Part shown: positions 33,750-44,480 of the stretch, in pieces
How positions within the stretch are numbered: the stretch's first letter is position 1
Layout: each line of letters opens with the position of its first letter
Source of the DNA: Malacoraja senta
Taxonomy: Eukaryota
Direction of reading: 5' to 3'
NCBI GenBank assembly: GCA_038087875.1
Contig: CM075981.1
Coordinates: 19,840,001-19,904,000, forward strand
Length of the DNA stretch: 64,000 nt
Translations under genes and position numbers: made by a program
The notes under the pieces: model-generated
What the model was told of the DNA's origin: nothing
Database searches by the model: none
Seen by the model: only the letters and a program-made list of their open reading frames with translations

Positions 33750-36700
33750 TTTGCCTCATCTCACCCTTTGGGAGTTTTTTCAGATCATGAAGATGGTTGT
33801 GTGAAATTGCAGCAGGATTTTGGTCGATTGGCCAGGTGGGTTGAGGAATGGTTGATGGAACTTAATACAGAAAAATGTGAGGTGTTGCATTTTGGGAAGT
33901 TTAACATGGGCAGGACGTACACAGTGAATGGTAGGAATCTGGGGAGTGTTGTGGAGCAGAGGAATCTAGGAGTGCCGGTGCATGGTTTCTTGGGTGGTCA
34001 AAAATGCTTTTGGCACATTGGCCTTCATCAGTCAGAGTAGTGAATATAAACGTTGGGAGGTCATGTTGCAATTACATAACATTTTGCTGAGGCTGCATTT
34101 AAAGTATTGTGTTCAGTTCTGGGCACAATGTTATGGGAAATATGTTGTCAAGCTGGAAAGGGTACGGAGATGATTTTGGGGTTGTTGCCAGGACTTGAGG
34201 GTCTGAGCTTTAGGGAAAGGTTGAGTAGGGTGGGGCTTTATTCCTTGGAGCACAGGAGGATGAAGGGAGATCTTATAGAGGTGTGTAAAATCATGAGAGG
34301 AATAGATCGGGTAGATGCACAGAATCTCTTGCCCAGAATAGGGGAATCATGGACCAGAGGAGATAGGTTTAAGGTGAAGGGGAAAATATTTAATAGTAGT
34401 CTCAGAGGTAACCTTTTTCACACAAAGGGTGGTGAGTGTATGGAAAGAGCTGCTGGAGGAGGTAGTTGAGGCAGGGACTATTGCAATGTTTATTAAGATC
34501 ACCAGTTCTCGGGGGTTATTCAGAGGGTTCTGTACCACATGTAAGCATAAATGGGAAGTAAATCCACTCCTTATGGCCATATGGCATTTTGAGATGCTTT
34601 GGAGATAGGTGATTGATTTAGGGCCCAACTAGGCTTGACCTTTAGGGAAAGACGTATGGAGGGAGTAGCAGGAGAAACATGCTGAGGGAGCTGCATTTTG
34701 AACAATCCTGAGGTAGGTGATGTTATAAATTGCTTGTTTCTAAGCTTCCCCCCCAGTCTAGTTTCAGTAAAAGCACTGAATCAAGCACTTGAAACAACTA
34801 ATCTTTATTTTAGCAAAAGCGCATTACAGTTCAACTACCGTACCTATCCCACCGCGGGTTCGATCCTCATATCTGCCTGCTGAAGCTCTCTAGGCCTCGC
34901 TCAGACAGAGACACTCCAGAAAGTCACGCAGTCCCAAGCACTCTCTGAGAAGATCGAAGCTGGACCTCGTGGTAGTGGACTTTTATATGTCCCGGGACCT
35001 CGAGGGCCCGAACCACACGGGGGTGGTCTCTTAATAATCCAATTACAGATATCAATTAACCCCATACATACAGACATTTCCCTAACCCAATAATACAGCA
35101 GCTCAATACATTGTATTCAAACCGGACTTCGCAAGGAAGCCAACTTAGAAACATTTACCCTGATCTGCAAGAAACCCAGACAAGGCTCAATACCTCATCC
35201 AATCAACACTCGGCAAAGCCGAACTCTGCAACATTATTTACAATTATTTATAAGCTGTATGTCTGGTTTGCAGCCATCCAATCCATTCTATGCGTTTTGC
35301 ACCTAATTGACAGGTTCTGCAGATGATCTATTCTTTTCTTGCAAATTGTATCTAGGCTCCAGACACACTGGCACCACCCCTCAGCTTGTCCCAGCTCTGC
35401 AGAGAGCAATTCCAAATTGACCAAATCTCCCAGCAGCCCTGAAGCTTTTACCCCATTTTAAAGTCCTAGCCTCTCCAATTTGGCCAGAATTAACAATGTC
35501 ACAGATCCAAATGCCACAGGATTTGGATTGTGGCACACTCTTCCTCAACTCGCTGATGATGAGGCTATTAGCAGATTGTGGACCTGCTTGCCGACGATGA
35601 CTCCCCAGAGCTTTAAGGAATTAACATAACGGTGTGTGAGAGGCCAGCCCTACTCTCCCTCAGGACCTGGCTCAAGATGGACTCCTGGTGTCTGGAGCAT
35701 CGGGTCATCTTCAGACCTGACTCCTGGGTGGAGGGGTGTATCCACCATGCCACTGTCAGCAAGTTTTCATTCCCCAGATGAACATCGTAGGTGGATTGGA
35801 AGGAGTGAGAGTAGGGTGGGGAACAGAACTAAAAGGTTACCTGAACCTAGACAATTCAATGTTCTTGTAATAGACTACCTGGGCAAAACCCCAAAGTGTT
35901 GCAGAGCTTCTGGGGGGCCCTGGAGGACAATTACATGCAAGTCCTAGGGGTCAATTCTATGCAAGTCCATTGGTGGAGGAAGGCTGTCAGAAAACACGGC
36001 ACAATATAGATCAACTGCAGAAATGGGCGGAGAAATGGCAGATGGAATATAATCCAAGCAAGTGTGACGCGCTGCACTTTGGGAGGTTGAATGTAAGGGG
36101 AGAAATATGACGACTCTAAACAGCATTGATGTGCAGAAGGATCTTGTAGTTGATAGCTCACAGAAGGTGGCTGCACAAGCAGATGGTAAAGAAGGCATTC
36201 AGCATGCTTGCCTTCATTGCGAGAGGCATTTAGTATAAGAGGCAAGAAGCCATGATGCAGCTCCATAAGGCTTTGGTTAGGCCGCATGGAGTATTTCATT
36301 CAGTTCTGGTTGTCTCATTACAGGAAGGATGTGGAGACTTTGAACAGGATGCAGAGCAGGTTGATCAGAATGCTGCCTGGATTAGAGGGATTCAGCTGCA
36401 GGGAGAGGTTGGATAAATGATTTGTTTTCTCTAGAACATCGGAGGTTGAGGGGAACCTTTATAAATGATGGCCAGCTTAGAAAGGGTAGGCAGTCAGAAC
36501 CTTTTTGAAACATAGAAAATAGGTGCAGGAGGAGGCCATTCGGCCCTTCGAGCCAGCACTGACATTCATTGTGATCATGGCTGATCGTCCCCTATCAAGG
36601 ATTTCCCCCAGGATGGAAATGTTCAGCCTAGAGGGCATAGCTATAGGGTGAGAGGAGGAACGTTTATTGAAGATGTGCAGGACAAGTTTTTTACACAGGG

Positions 36701-36770
36701 TGGTGGAGGCTGATACAATAGTGGCGCTTAAGAGGTTTTTAGTACATGGAGATGCAAGGACTAAAGTGAT
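33750..36770. mobile_element. CR1 3' fragments (33750-34500, 35950-36770) and a possible solo LTR (~34760-35110, -)
   Basis: ELNTEKCEVLHFGK and LEYCVQFW-like frames; minus-strand TGTATT start, TATAAAA and AATAAA in the middle block (weak). Confidence 0.6.
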
Positions 36771-37059
36771 ATGGATCGTGTACCAGTAGATGAGATCAGT
36801 TTAACTTGGTATCATGTTAAGCACAATAATTGTGGGCCAAAGGGTCTGTCCCTGAGCTGTACTGTTCTATGTTCACATCTGTTGTGTTTGTTTTCGGTCA
36901 GCTTCTTCTCACATTCTATTTCCCCTTTTCTCATTACTTGCGCAATTCTTCTTTCAGAGAATTAAAGGATGTTTACAATGTGTGGCAGGATATCTGCCTA
37001 TCTTATCTGTCATTAAGACATCTCCACTAACCATCAGAAGTTCCCTATCTAGTGTACAC

Positions 37060-37215
37060 ATATCCATCTCAGATAGGGACTGTGAGACAACAGTCAGTGT
37101 ACAGATATCCCCCTGAGAAAGAAGGACTGAGAGACACCAGTCAGTATACAGACATTCCCCTGAGAGAGAGGGTCTGAGGGCGACCAGTCAGAATACTGAG
37201 AGCCCCTGAGAATGG
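37060..37215 (+). repeat. ~40-bp minisatellite (reverse copies at 43510-43680, 50580-50750, 58030-58095)
   Basis: cagtcagtgtacagatatccccctgagagagagggactgagagacac-type units. Confidence 0.8.
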
Positions 37216-37245
37216 GGCCCGGGTCTCTGTGTCCTGTCCAACAGG

Positions 37246-37300
37246 ATGGATCCCATTACAGTCGGGCATTTCTCTTTTTCACACTGCTGACTGCTGCAGT
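37246..37300 (+). pseudogene. Candidate leader exon of the CD2/SLAM-like gene (frameshifted)
   Basis: ATG at 37246; adding one base gives M(G)SHYSRAFLFFTLLTAA or MDPITVGAFLFFTLLTAA; donor is poor. Confidence 0.3.
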
Positions 37301-37517
37301 CCTGTCTACAAACCCCTCTCTTGTCTGCAGGAAGTTAGAAATGTCCTGCTCACCCTGACATCCCTCCCCACTGAGATGTCTGAGTTAAAGGGTGTAGACG
37401 AGGAAGGAGGAAGATGCCAACAGAGTGAGGGGTGCTAGGCAGTGCCACTGGAGACCAGGGCTGGGGTATCAGCAGTTGTGTGGCTCCATTCCCAAACACT
37501 CTGTTGCAATGGCTTGC

Positions 37518-37850
37518 AGGGCTGCCAACTCACGCTTTGAGCATGAGAATCGCGCATTTGGACAAATTCTCACGCTCCCACGCTGACCACAAATTTCTCA
37601 CGCTCTGTTGTGAGAAATTCTGTAATCAACGAAAATGTCAAAACTCATATAAACTGCATGGGTCGCGGGTGTTGGGGAGCCAGGGCTGGCGAGTGTTTGC
37701 GGGGCTGGCGAGTGTTTGCGGGGCTGGCAAGTCTCTCGCTGCAGCTCCGGCCATGGAGCAGCTTCAGTGCAAGAGTCCCGGGACGTCGGAGGCATCGGAA
37801 GCGTTGCGCCGCTGCCGTGAGAGTCTCTGTGCCGAAGGGACAGAGACTCT
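37518..37850 (+). mobile_element. hAT-like non-autonomous element, left end only
   Basis: CAGGGCTGCCAACT terminus and repeated tctcacgc subterminal motifs; no partner TIR found. Confidence 0.5.
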
Positions 37851-38610
37851 CAAAGGGAGGGGGAGAGAGAGAGGGGAAGGAGACAGAGAGACAGGGGGGG
37901 GGAGAGAGAGGGAGGGAGAGGGAGAGTGGGGAGAGGGGGGAGAGAGAGGAGAGGGAGAGAGGGGGGAGAGAGAGGTAGGTGAGAGAGGCAGAGAGAGGAG
38001 GGAGGGGGAGAGAGAGGAGAGAGGGGGGAGAGTGAGGTGGGAGAGAGGGGGAAGGGAGAGAGAGGGGGTGAGAGGGAGGGGGAGGAAGAGAGTGAGAGGG
38101 GGAGAGAGAGGGGGAAGAGAGGGGGAGAGAGGAAAGAGAGGAGAGAGAGGGAAGAGAGAGAGGGGAGAGGGGGTGAAGAGGGAAGAGAGAGGGTAGGAGA
38201 GAAGGGGAGAAGGAGGGGGGAGAGAGGGGGAAGAGAGAGGGATGGTAAAAGAGAGAGGGGGAAGAGGGAGAGAGGGAGAGAGGAGGGAAAGAGAAAAGGG
38301 GGAAAGAGAGAGAGAAGGGGGGAAAAGAGAAAGTGGAGATAGAGAGAGGAGAAAGTGAGAGAGGGGAGAGTGAGGGGAGAGAGAGGGGAGAGAGAAGCGA
38401 GAGGGAAGGGAGAGAGAGAGGGGGAGACAGGGGAGAGAGGGGGGGTGAGAGAGAGAGGGAGAGACAGGGGAGAGAGAGGGGAGAGAGTGGAGAGAGAGAG
38501 TGGAAGGGAGAGGGGGGTGAGAGGAGAGAGAGTGGAAGAGAGGGTGAGGGAGAGAAGGGAGAGAGAGAGGGGGGAGAGTGAGGTGGGAGGGAGAGAGAGA
38601 GGGGAGAGAA
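37850..38610. repeat. GA-rich low-complexity tract (similar CT/GA tracts at 14290-14460, 16050-16360, 26490-27040, 57320-57630)
   Basis: Almost pure G/A sequence. Confidence 0.97.
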
Positions 38611-40359
38611 AGAGCTGCCCCACCATGAAGAGACTTTGTTAGATTCTAGACGTTGGTGAGGCTTCGACCTGACAGAAGATGCCTCCCTGCTGAAGAGCCA
38701 GCGGATAGACCGTGTTTTAGCAGAGTCTAAAAGCTTTGTCATTCCTGACTTTGTCACCCTTTCTCATTCAAGTGTTCATACGTTCATACATCATAGGAGC
38801 AGAATTAGGCTATTCGGCTCTTCGAGTCTACTCTGCTATTTAATCATGGCTAATCTATCTTTCTCTCTTAACCCCATTCTCCTGCCTACTCCCCCTTAAC
38901 CTTTGACACTCTTACTAATAAAGAACCTGTAAATCTCTTTAAAAATACCCAAAGACTTGGCCTCCCCACAGAATTCCACAGATTCACCACCCTCTGTCTA
39001 AAGAAATTCCTCATTTCCTTTCTATAAGTACGTTCTTTCATTCTGAGACTGTGCCCTCTGGTCCTACATCTCTCCCACTAGTGCAAACATCCTCTCCACG
39101 TCCACTCTGTCCAGGCCTTTCATTAGTCGGTAATTTTCAATGTGATTCCCTTAAATCCTTCGAAATTCCAGTTCTGGGATTTAGATCCATTTTCTTTGGA
39201 GAGGAATGACGGGTGATTTTACTGCAGCTTAGAAGATGCTGAAGAGATGAGAGATAATTGATAGTCATAGAGTCAATTTGATGTTCAAATAGCTCCGCCG
39301 ATAGGACAGTCTCGAATGAGGGGACACTGAGGTACATAAGAATAAGAACTGAGGTACATAGGAATTATTTTGGATGGAGGATGGTGAATCTTTGGAATTA
39401 TCTGCCTCTGAGGATTGTGGAGACTGGGCCACTGGGGCATATAAAGAGAAAGGAAATGCATGTTTGAAAACTCAAACACCTCCATCCTTGTTGCTTCCTC
39501 TGGCCAATTTATATGCCTCTTCCTTGGATTTAACATTATCCCTAATTTCCCTCGTTAGCCACGGTTAAGCCGCCTTCCCTGTTTTATTTTTACGCCAGAT
39601 ATGGATGAACAATTGTTATAATTCATCCATGCGATCTTTAAACCTTTGCCATTAATCCACCATTAATCCTTTAGGTATCATTTGCCAGTCTATCCTAGCC
39701 AATTCCTGTCTCACCATCAAAGTTACCTTTCTTTAAGTTCAAGGTAGACAAAAATGTTGGAGAAACTCAGTGGGTGAGGCAGCATCTATGGAGCGAAGGA
39801 AATAGGCAACCTTTCGGGTCGAGACCCTTTTTCAGAGGTTCAGGTCGAGATCCTTCTTTAAGTTCAGGACCCTTGTCTCTGAATTAACCGTGTCACTCTC
39901 CATCCTAATGCAGAATTCTACCATATTATGGTCACTGTTGCCCAAGATTGCTAACTAATCCTTCCTTATTACACAATACCCAGTCTAGGATCATTCAGGG
40001 CCAGTATGGGCTGGGTCACGCTAAGGTGTATACGGGACACTGGGACCACTCACAGGAGTGACAAAGGACATGGAGCTGGAGAGAAATTCCCGGGATTCAC
40101 AGAGCCATAAACACGGCACGTGTAGAGTATGTGGATGAGTGCGGGCAGCGGTCGGGAAGGGGGCGCATCACACGTGTGGACTTCCTCCAGCAACAACTGG
40201 CGGAACTGAAGTGGGGGGGGGGGGGGTTAAACTGGTGGGTGGAAATGAACTGGGATTGGTTTATAGTTCACTCGTGGTTGTTGGAGATGGGGTGTTGGGT
40301 ATCGTGGGGTCCACAAGGATCTCCTTTACTCATCTTTCTTCTCTTTGCCTCAACCTCAG

Positions 40360-40654
40360 AGCCCGTGGCAGGAACACAGATTAAGGCTCAGAACATCACC
40401 GAGATCTGCAACTTTGCCTTGACTTGCTCTGTGACCTCCGGCGACCCCACCGGCGACCCCACCAGCGTCAGGTGCTGGAGGGGCGAGAACCTCTGGAAAA
40501 CGACAGCACACATCACCTCCGAGGACACGGAGGGACAGTAGAGGTTCATCACATAGCAGAGGGGGCGTTGTGTACAGGTGTGAGGCCAGGAACCCGGGCA
40601 GTGAAGGCACGGCACAGATCTGGCTGAGGGGCGTTTGTAAACAGACCACATTTG
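40360..40654 (+). pseudogene. CD2/SLAM-family Ig C2-type domain exon with two 1-nt frameshifts
   Basis: Strong acceptor, phase 1/1; EPVAGTQIKAQNITEICNFALTCSVTSGDPT(GDPT)SVRCW../..PLENDSTHHLRGHGGTVEV../..YRCEARNPGSEGTAQIWLRGVCKQTTF. CxxxLxC and YxCxAxNPxS...C are typical of CD2/SLAM domain 2; 295 nt (297 needed). Confidence 0.8.
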
Positions 40655-42350
40655 GTCAGAGTGAGGATCAGGTTTAGGGAGGCTGGTGGTCCCCGGGTGT
40701 CCGAGGATCATGTGATGGAACAGTGCATAGGAAACTATGCTCTATGTGTAACCCGTATCCCAGGATGGGATCTTTGCCCCCTGTGTCCATGCTGACTATC
40801 AAGTAGCCATTTCTACTCATTCCACTTTGCTGACCTTGCACTGTACATAATCATACATCCCTGGGCCATACACATGCATTTAGAATGTCCACCTCCACCA
40901 CCCTCTCACTCAGTGTGTTCCAAGTTGCAACAACCCTGGTGAAACAAAAAATTCTCCTTCCCCTTACCCTGAACCTATGCTTTCTGGTTACAGGCTCTTC
41001 GGCTGTGGACTTTACATGCCCTCTCTATTCCCCTCATAATTCCTATGATTTAAATCTCCTCCCCCTCAGCCTCCAACCCTCTCTATCTTCATCAGTTCTA
41101 TGCCAGGCAACATCCAGGGGAGTCTCTGCTGCAATCACTCCATGGTGCAATCCCGTCCTTCCTGTAAATGTGAAGACCAGAAGTGTACATGATATTCCAA
41201 ATGTGGCCTGAATAATGTGGTAAAAGTTGGACCATAACCTCCCTGCTCCTTTACTCTTAAGCCCCCAAGTCTCCTTTCTTGACCCTGTGCTGCCACCTCC
41301 AGGCAGTTTTGGACATATACCAAGGTCCTCTGTTCCTCATTACTCCCCGTGTATGTCCTACCCTGTTAGTCCGCCCAAACTTAGTCCGCATCACACTTGT
41401 GGGATTAAACTTGCTCTGGATCCTGTGGGCTGTTAACATGATGACCAGCATCCCACGTAGAACCTTGTCAAAGGCCTTGCTGAAGTCCTTCTACACACCA
41501 TCAATCACATTAGAGCGATGGAATGGTTGACGTTTCTGATCGAGGCCCTCCTTCAGACCCGTAACGTCACCCATTCCTTCTCTCCAGAGATGCTGCCTGT
41601 CCCGCTGAGTTATTCCAGCATTTTGTGTCTATCCTCGGTTTAAACCAGCATCTGCAGTTCCTGCCTATACTTCAATCACACTGTCCATATCAACACCTTT
41701 TCTTATTTTCTTATTTCTTCAAAAAACTCAATCAAACTTAACCCTGTCCATAGGAATTGTTTTAGCGACTACCCTTCCATTGATATTATAGATTCACTGA
41801 CCAATAATTTCCAGACATTCCTGCTGTCCCTTTGAATGAAGGTATAATATTCATTGTCCTGCAGTCGTTTGTCTCATGCCTGACCTGTGGCCGGTAAAAG
41901 ATTTGAAATTATTTGTCGAGATTCAGCAATTTCCTCCCTTGCCGTCCACAAATAGGATATACCTCATCAGGCCCTGGGGATTTATCCACCTATCAGCCTG
42001 CTAAGCCATCACGTCCACCTTTCTAATGATGAAATTATGATGAACTTCTACAGGTGTACAGTAAATAGAGTATATTGACTGGTTGCATCACGGCCTAGTT
42101 CGGCAACTTGAATGCCCAGAAGCGAAGGATACTGTAAAAAGTTGTGCACGCTGCCCAGTCCATCCGGGTTCTGACCTCCCCATCATCAAAGGGATTTGCA
42201 GGAGAACTGCCTCGAAAAAGTAGCCAGCATCATCAGAGACCGACACCACCCTGGCCACACATTCATTTCACCCCTGCCATTGGGAAGAAGGTACAGGAGC
42301 CTGAAAACAGTAACGTCCAGGTTCAGGAACAGCTTCTTCCCTACAGCCAT

Positions 42351-42600
42351 AACTTAGACTTAGACGTAGTTCCTCCCACACTGTTGAGTGCATTGGTCAG
42401 CAAGCTTTCGCCATTCTGTTCGGTTAGGTGCGACGTCTTCCACCCTCGATAGGTTTGCGTCCCGGGCTTCCAAATCCTTCTGGAATGTTCGCCTCCATAT
42501 GAGTTTTGGTCGGCCTCTTTTCATTCTTCTGTCAGGTTGCCATGTCATTGCTATCTTAGGTGCACGTTCTGGTGACATTCTGAGTACATGTCCTGCAATA
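42351..42600 (-). mobile_element. RTE-clade LINE 3' end inserted in a Rex1 fragment (duplicate at 49464-49713)
   Basis: GHVLRM...KRGRPK..WRRT..KDL; (AAGTCT)n tail; TSD acagccat at 42343-42350 and 42601-42608. Confidence 0.88.
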
Positions 42601-42704
42601 ACAGCCATTAGGCTATTAAATACTACAACCTCCAAATAAGCTCTGAACTACATAGACTATTATTGTTATTATATTATTATTGTTTGTTGGTTTATGTGTA
42701 CGTA

Positions 42705-42712
42705 TGTGTGTG

Positions 42713-42752
<40 letters not shown>
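42705..42752. repeat. (TG)n(TA)n microsatellite (duplicate at ~49815-49872)
   Basis: Direct observation. Confidence 0.95.
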
Positions 42753-42754
<2 letters not shown>

Positions 42755-42949
42755 TTATCTGTGTATAAGTGAGTATGTGTATATGGACACACATTCTGCT
42801 GGGCTGCTGCAAGTAAGAATTTCATGGTTCTATCAGGGACATATGACAATAAAACACTCTTGACTCTTGAATAACCCCAATCCCCTTCCTGAATTCTCCA
42901 CCTATAATGCCCTTGTCCTTAGTGAAGGCAGATGGGAAGGATTTTGTGC

Positions 42950-43090
42950 AACACAGTGGCGTAGCGGTAGAGTTACAGCCTTATAGCACCAGAGACCCAG
43001 ACCCAGAATGATCCCAGAACATGAATCACTGGTCGCCACGGACTAAGTGAGCTGAAGAGCCTGTTTCTGCACTGTATCTCTAATGTCTAA
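42950..43090 (+). mobile_element. Internally deleted tRNA-derived SINE (duplicate at ~50040-50180)
   Basis: A-box tggcgtagcggt, ccagagaccc, CR1-like 3' end. Confidence 0.7.
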
Positions 43091-43767
43091 ATTTAAGATT
43101 TCATCCACACTCGGGTTCCATGCATAGATTGCTCCCTTGGTCCTTCAAGGGCCCAACTATTCCACCTGGATACTCTCTCACTCACTCACATTCATAAAAT
43201 GTAATGGAATTTTTCTTAACCTTCTTTGCTAGTGACCATATGTATATGGTCACACTTTGCAAACCCAACTTCCTTTCTCGGAACGCTCTCTACTGAAGGC
43301 CAGCCCATTTTCAGTCCTTAGTACTGCCCATATACTTCCTTTGATTTATTTATTAAACCCCTGATATCATGACAGTTAGGGTACCTTGGAGTTGCTGTCC
43401 TCACCATTCAACATGATAGAACTTGTTAGCCATGAAATCTCACTATTCACTTTTAAAGGACTCCCCCTGGTCAGATGTAGATATCCCCATGTAGATTTAC
43501 CCAGTGCCAGTTCTGTCACTCCTTCTCTCCCAGCAGGATATCTGTACGCTTACTGGTGTCTCTCAGTCCCTCTCTCTCATGGGGATATCTGTTCACTGAC
43601 CGATGTCTCTCAGTCCCTCTCTCAGGCGGATATCTGTTCACTGACTGGTGTCTCTCAGGCCCTTTCTCTCAGGGAGCGTAAGGATGGGATGGATCCATCC
43701 CTCCCATGTCACTGGGAGTGAGAGGATGGGATTAAGCACAGAATCTTTCCTCCTCCCTCTGTTGCAG

Positions 43768-43973
43768 CTCCCAATACAACAATGGTACCCGATACCACGA
43801 CAGCACCCAACATAGCAACAGCACCCAACATAACGAGAGCACACGTGCCTCAGAGAGTGACCCTCCTGATCGCACTGCCGGTGTTGGGGACCCTCCTGAT
43901 CTCTGCTCTCGCCGTCCTGGAGTGTTGTGTGGAGGAGAAGAGCTGCAGGACGGGAAGTATCTTCAGGCACTGA
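43768..43973 (+). CDS. Thr-rich stalk + TM + short tail exon of the CD2/SLAM-like gene, copy 1
   Basis: ttgcag|ct ccc aat...; PNTTMVPDTTTAPNIATAPNITRAHVPQR-VTLLIALPVLGTLLISALAVL-ECCVEEKSCRTGSIFRH*; phase-1 acceptor compatible with the Ig exon. Confidence 0.7.
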
Positions 43974-44474
43974 CAGCGAGTGGATCTGACACACAGCCCC
44001 TGAGCCTGTGGGTGGGTTGGGGGGAGGGGGGGGTGGTGGAAGGGTAGGAGTGTGGATGTTGGGGGAACAGAGGGAGGGGCTAGGTGGAGTACTGAGTCAG
44101 GAAGTGTTTCAGTGTGGACCCCCTGTTCTCTGTCCCATGGACCCAGCAGAGACTTTGGACATTTACGTGAAGGGGAAGCAGAATTGTCAAACTGGATATC
44201 AGCCCCTCGTGGGGAATTGAATGCAACAGCAGACGCACAATCTCATGGCGGGCGAAACTGGGGGACTGCACCCCACAATCTTCCATGATCACCCCCACCA
44301 AAGTACCTGAGGACCCACACAGACATTACACAATCCAAGAATATTGGTTTGTTTCAGTGATCTCGACTCCTTCTCAGACAGGTGGACACTGGCCCAGGCC
44401 CAGGCTGTGGCCTCACTCTAGCCAACAGGCTGGGCTTTGTGGCCAAGCTCTGACCACATGCTTGAGTATATGGC

Positions 44475-44480
44475 AATAAA
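44475..44480 (+). terminator. Candidate polyA signal for CD2/SLAM-like copy 1
   Basis: AATAAA about 500 nt after the stop; lies just outside the duplicated block, so absent from copy 2. Confidence 0.45.

Larger units (their letters stand above)
38612..44455 (+). repeat. Tandem segmental duplication, copy 1
   Basis: Colinear, high-identity match to 46327-51530 from gagctgccccaccatg to tctgacc. Confidence 0.95.

Noticed and set aside
27300-37200. APOA2/TOMM40L homologs or an Ig V exon
   Set aside because: No matching translation found in either strand by eye; very short or divergent exons could be missed.
37432-38757. Long ORFs (254, 258 and 370 aa)
   Set aside because: Translations of a GA/CT low-complexity tract; no stops arise by composition.
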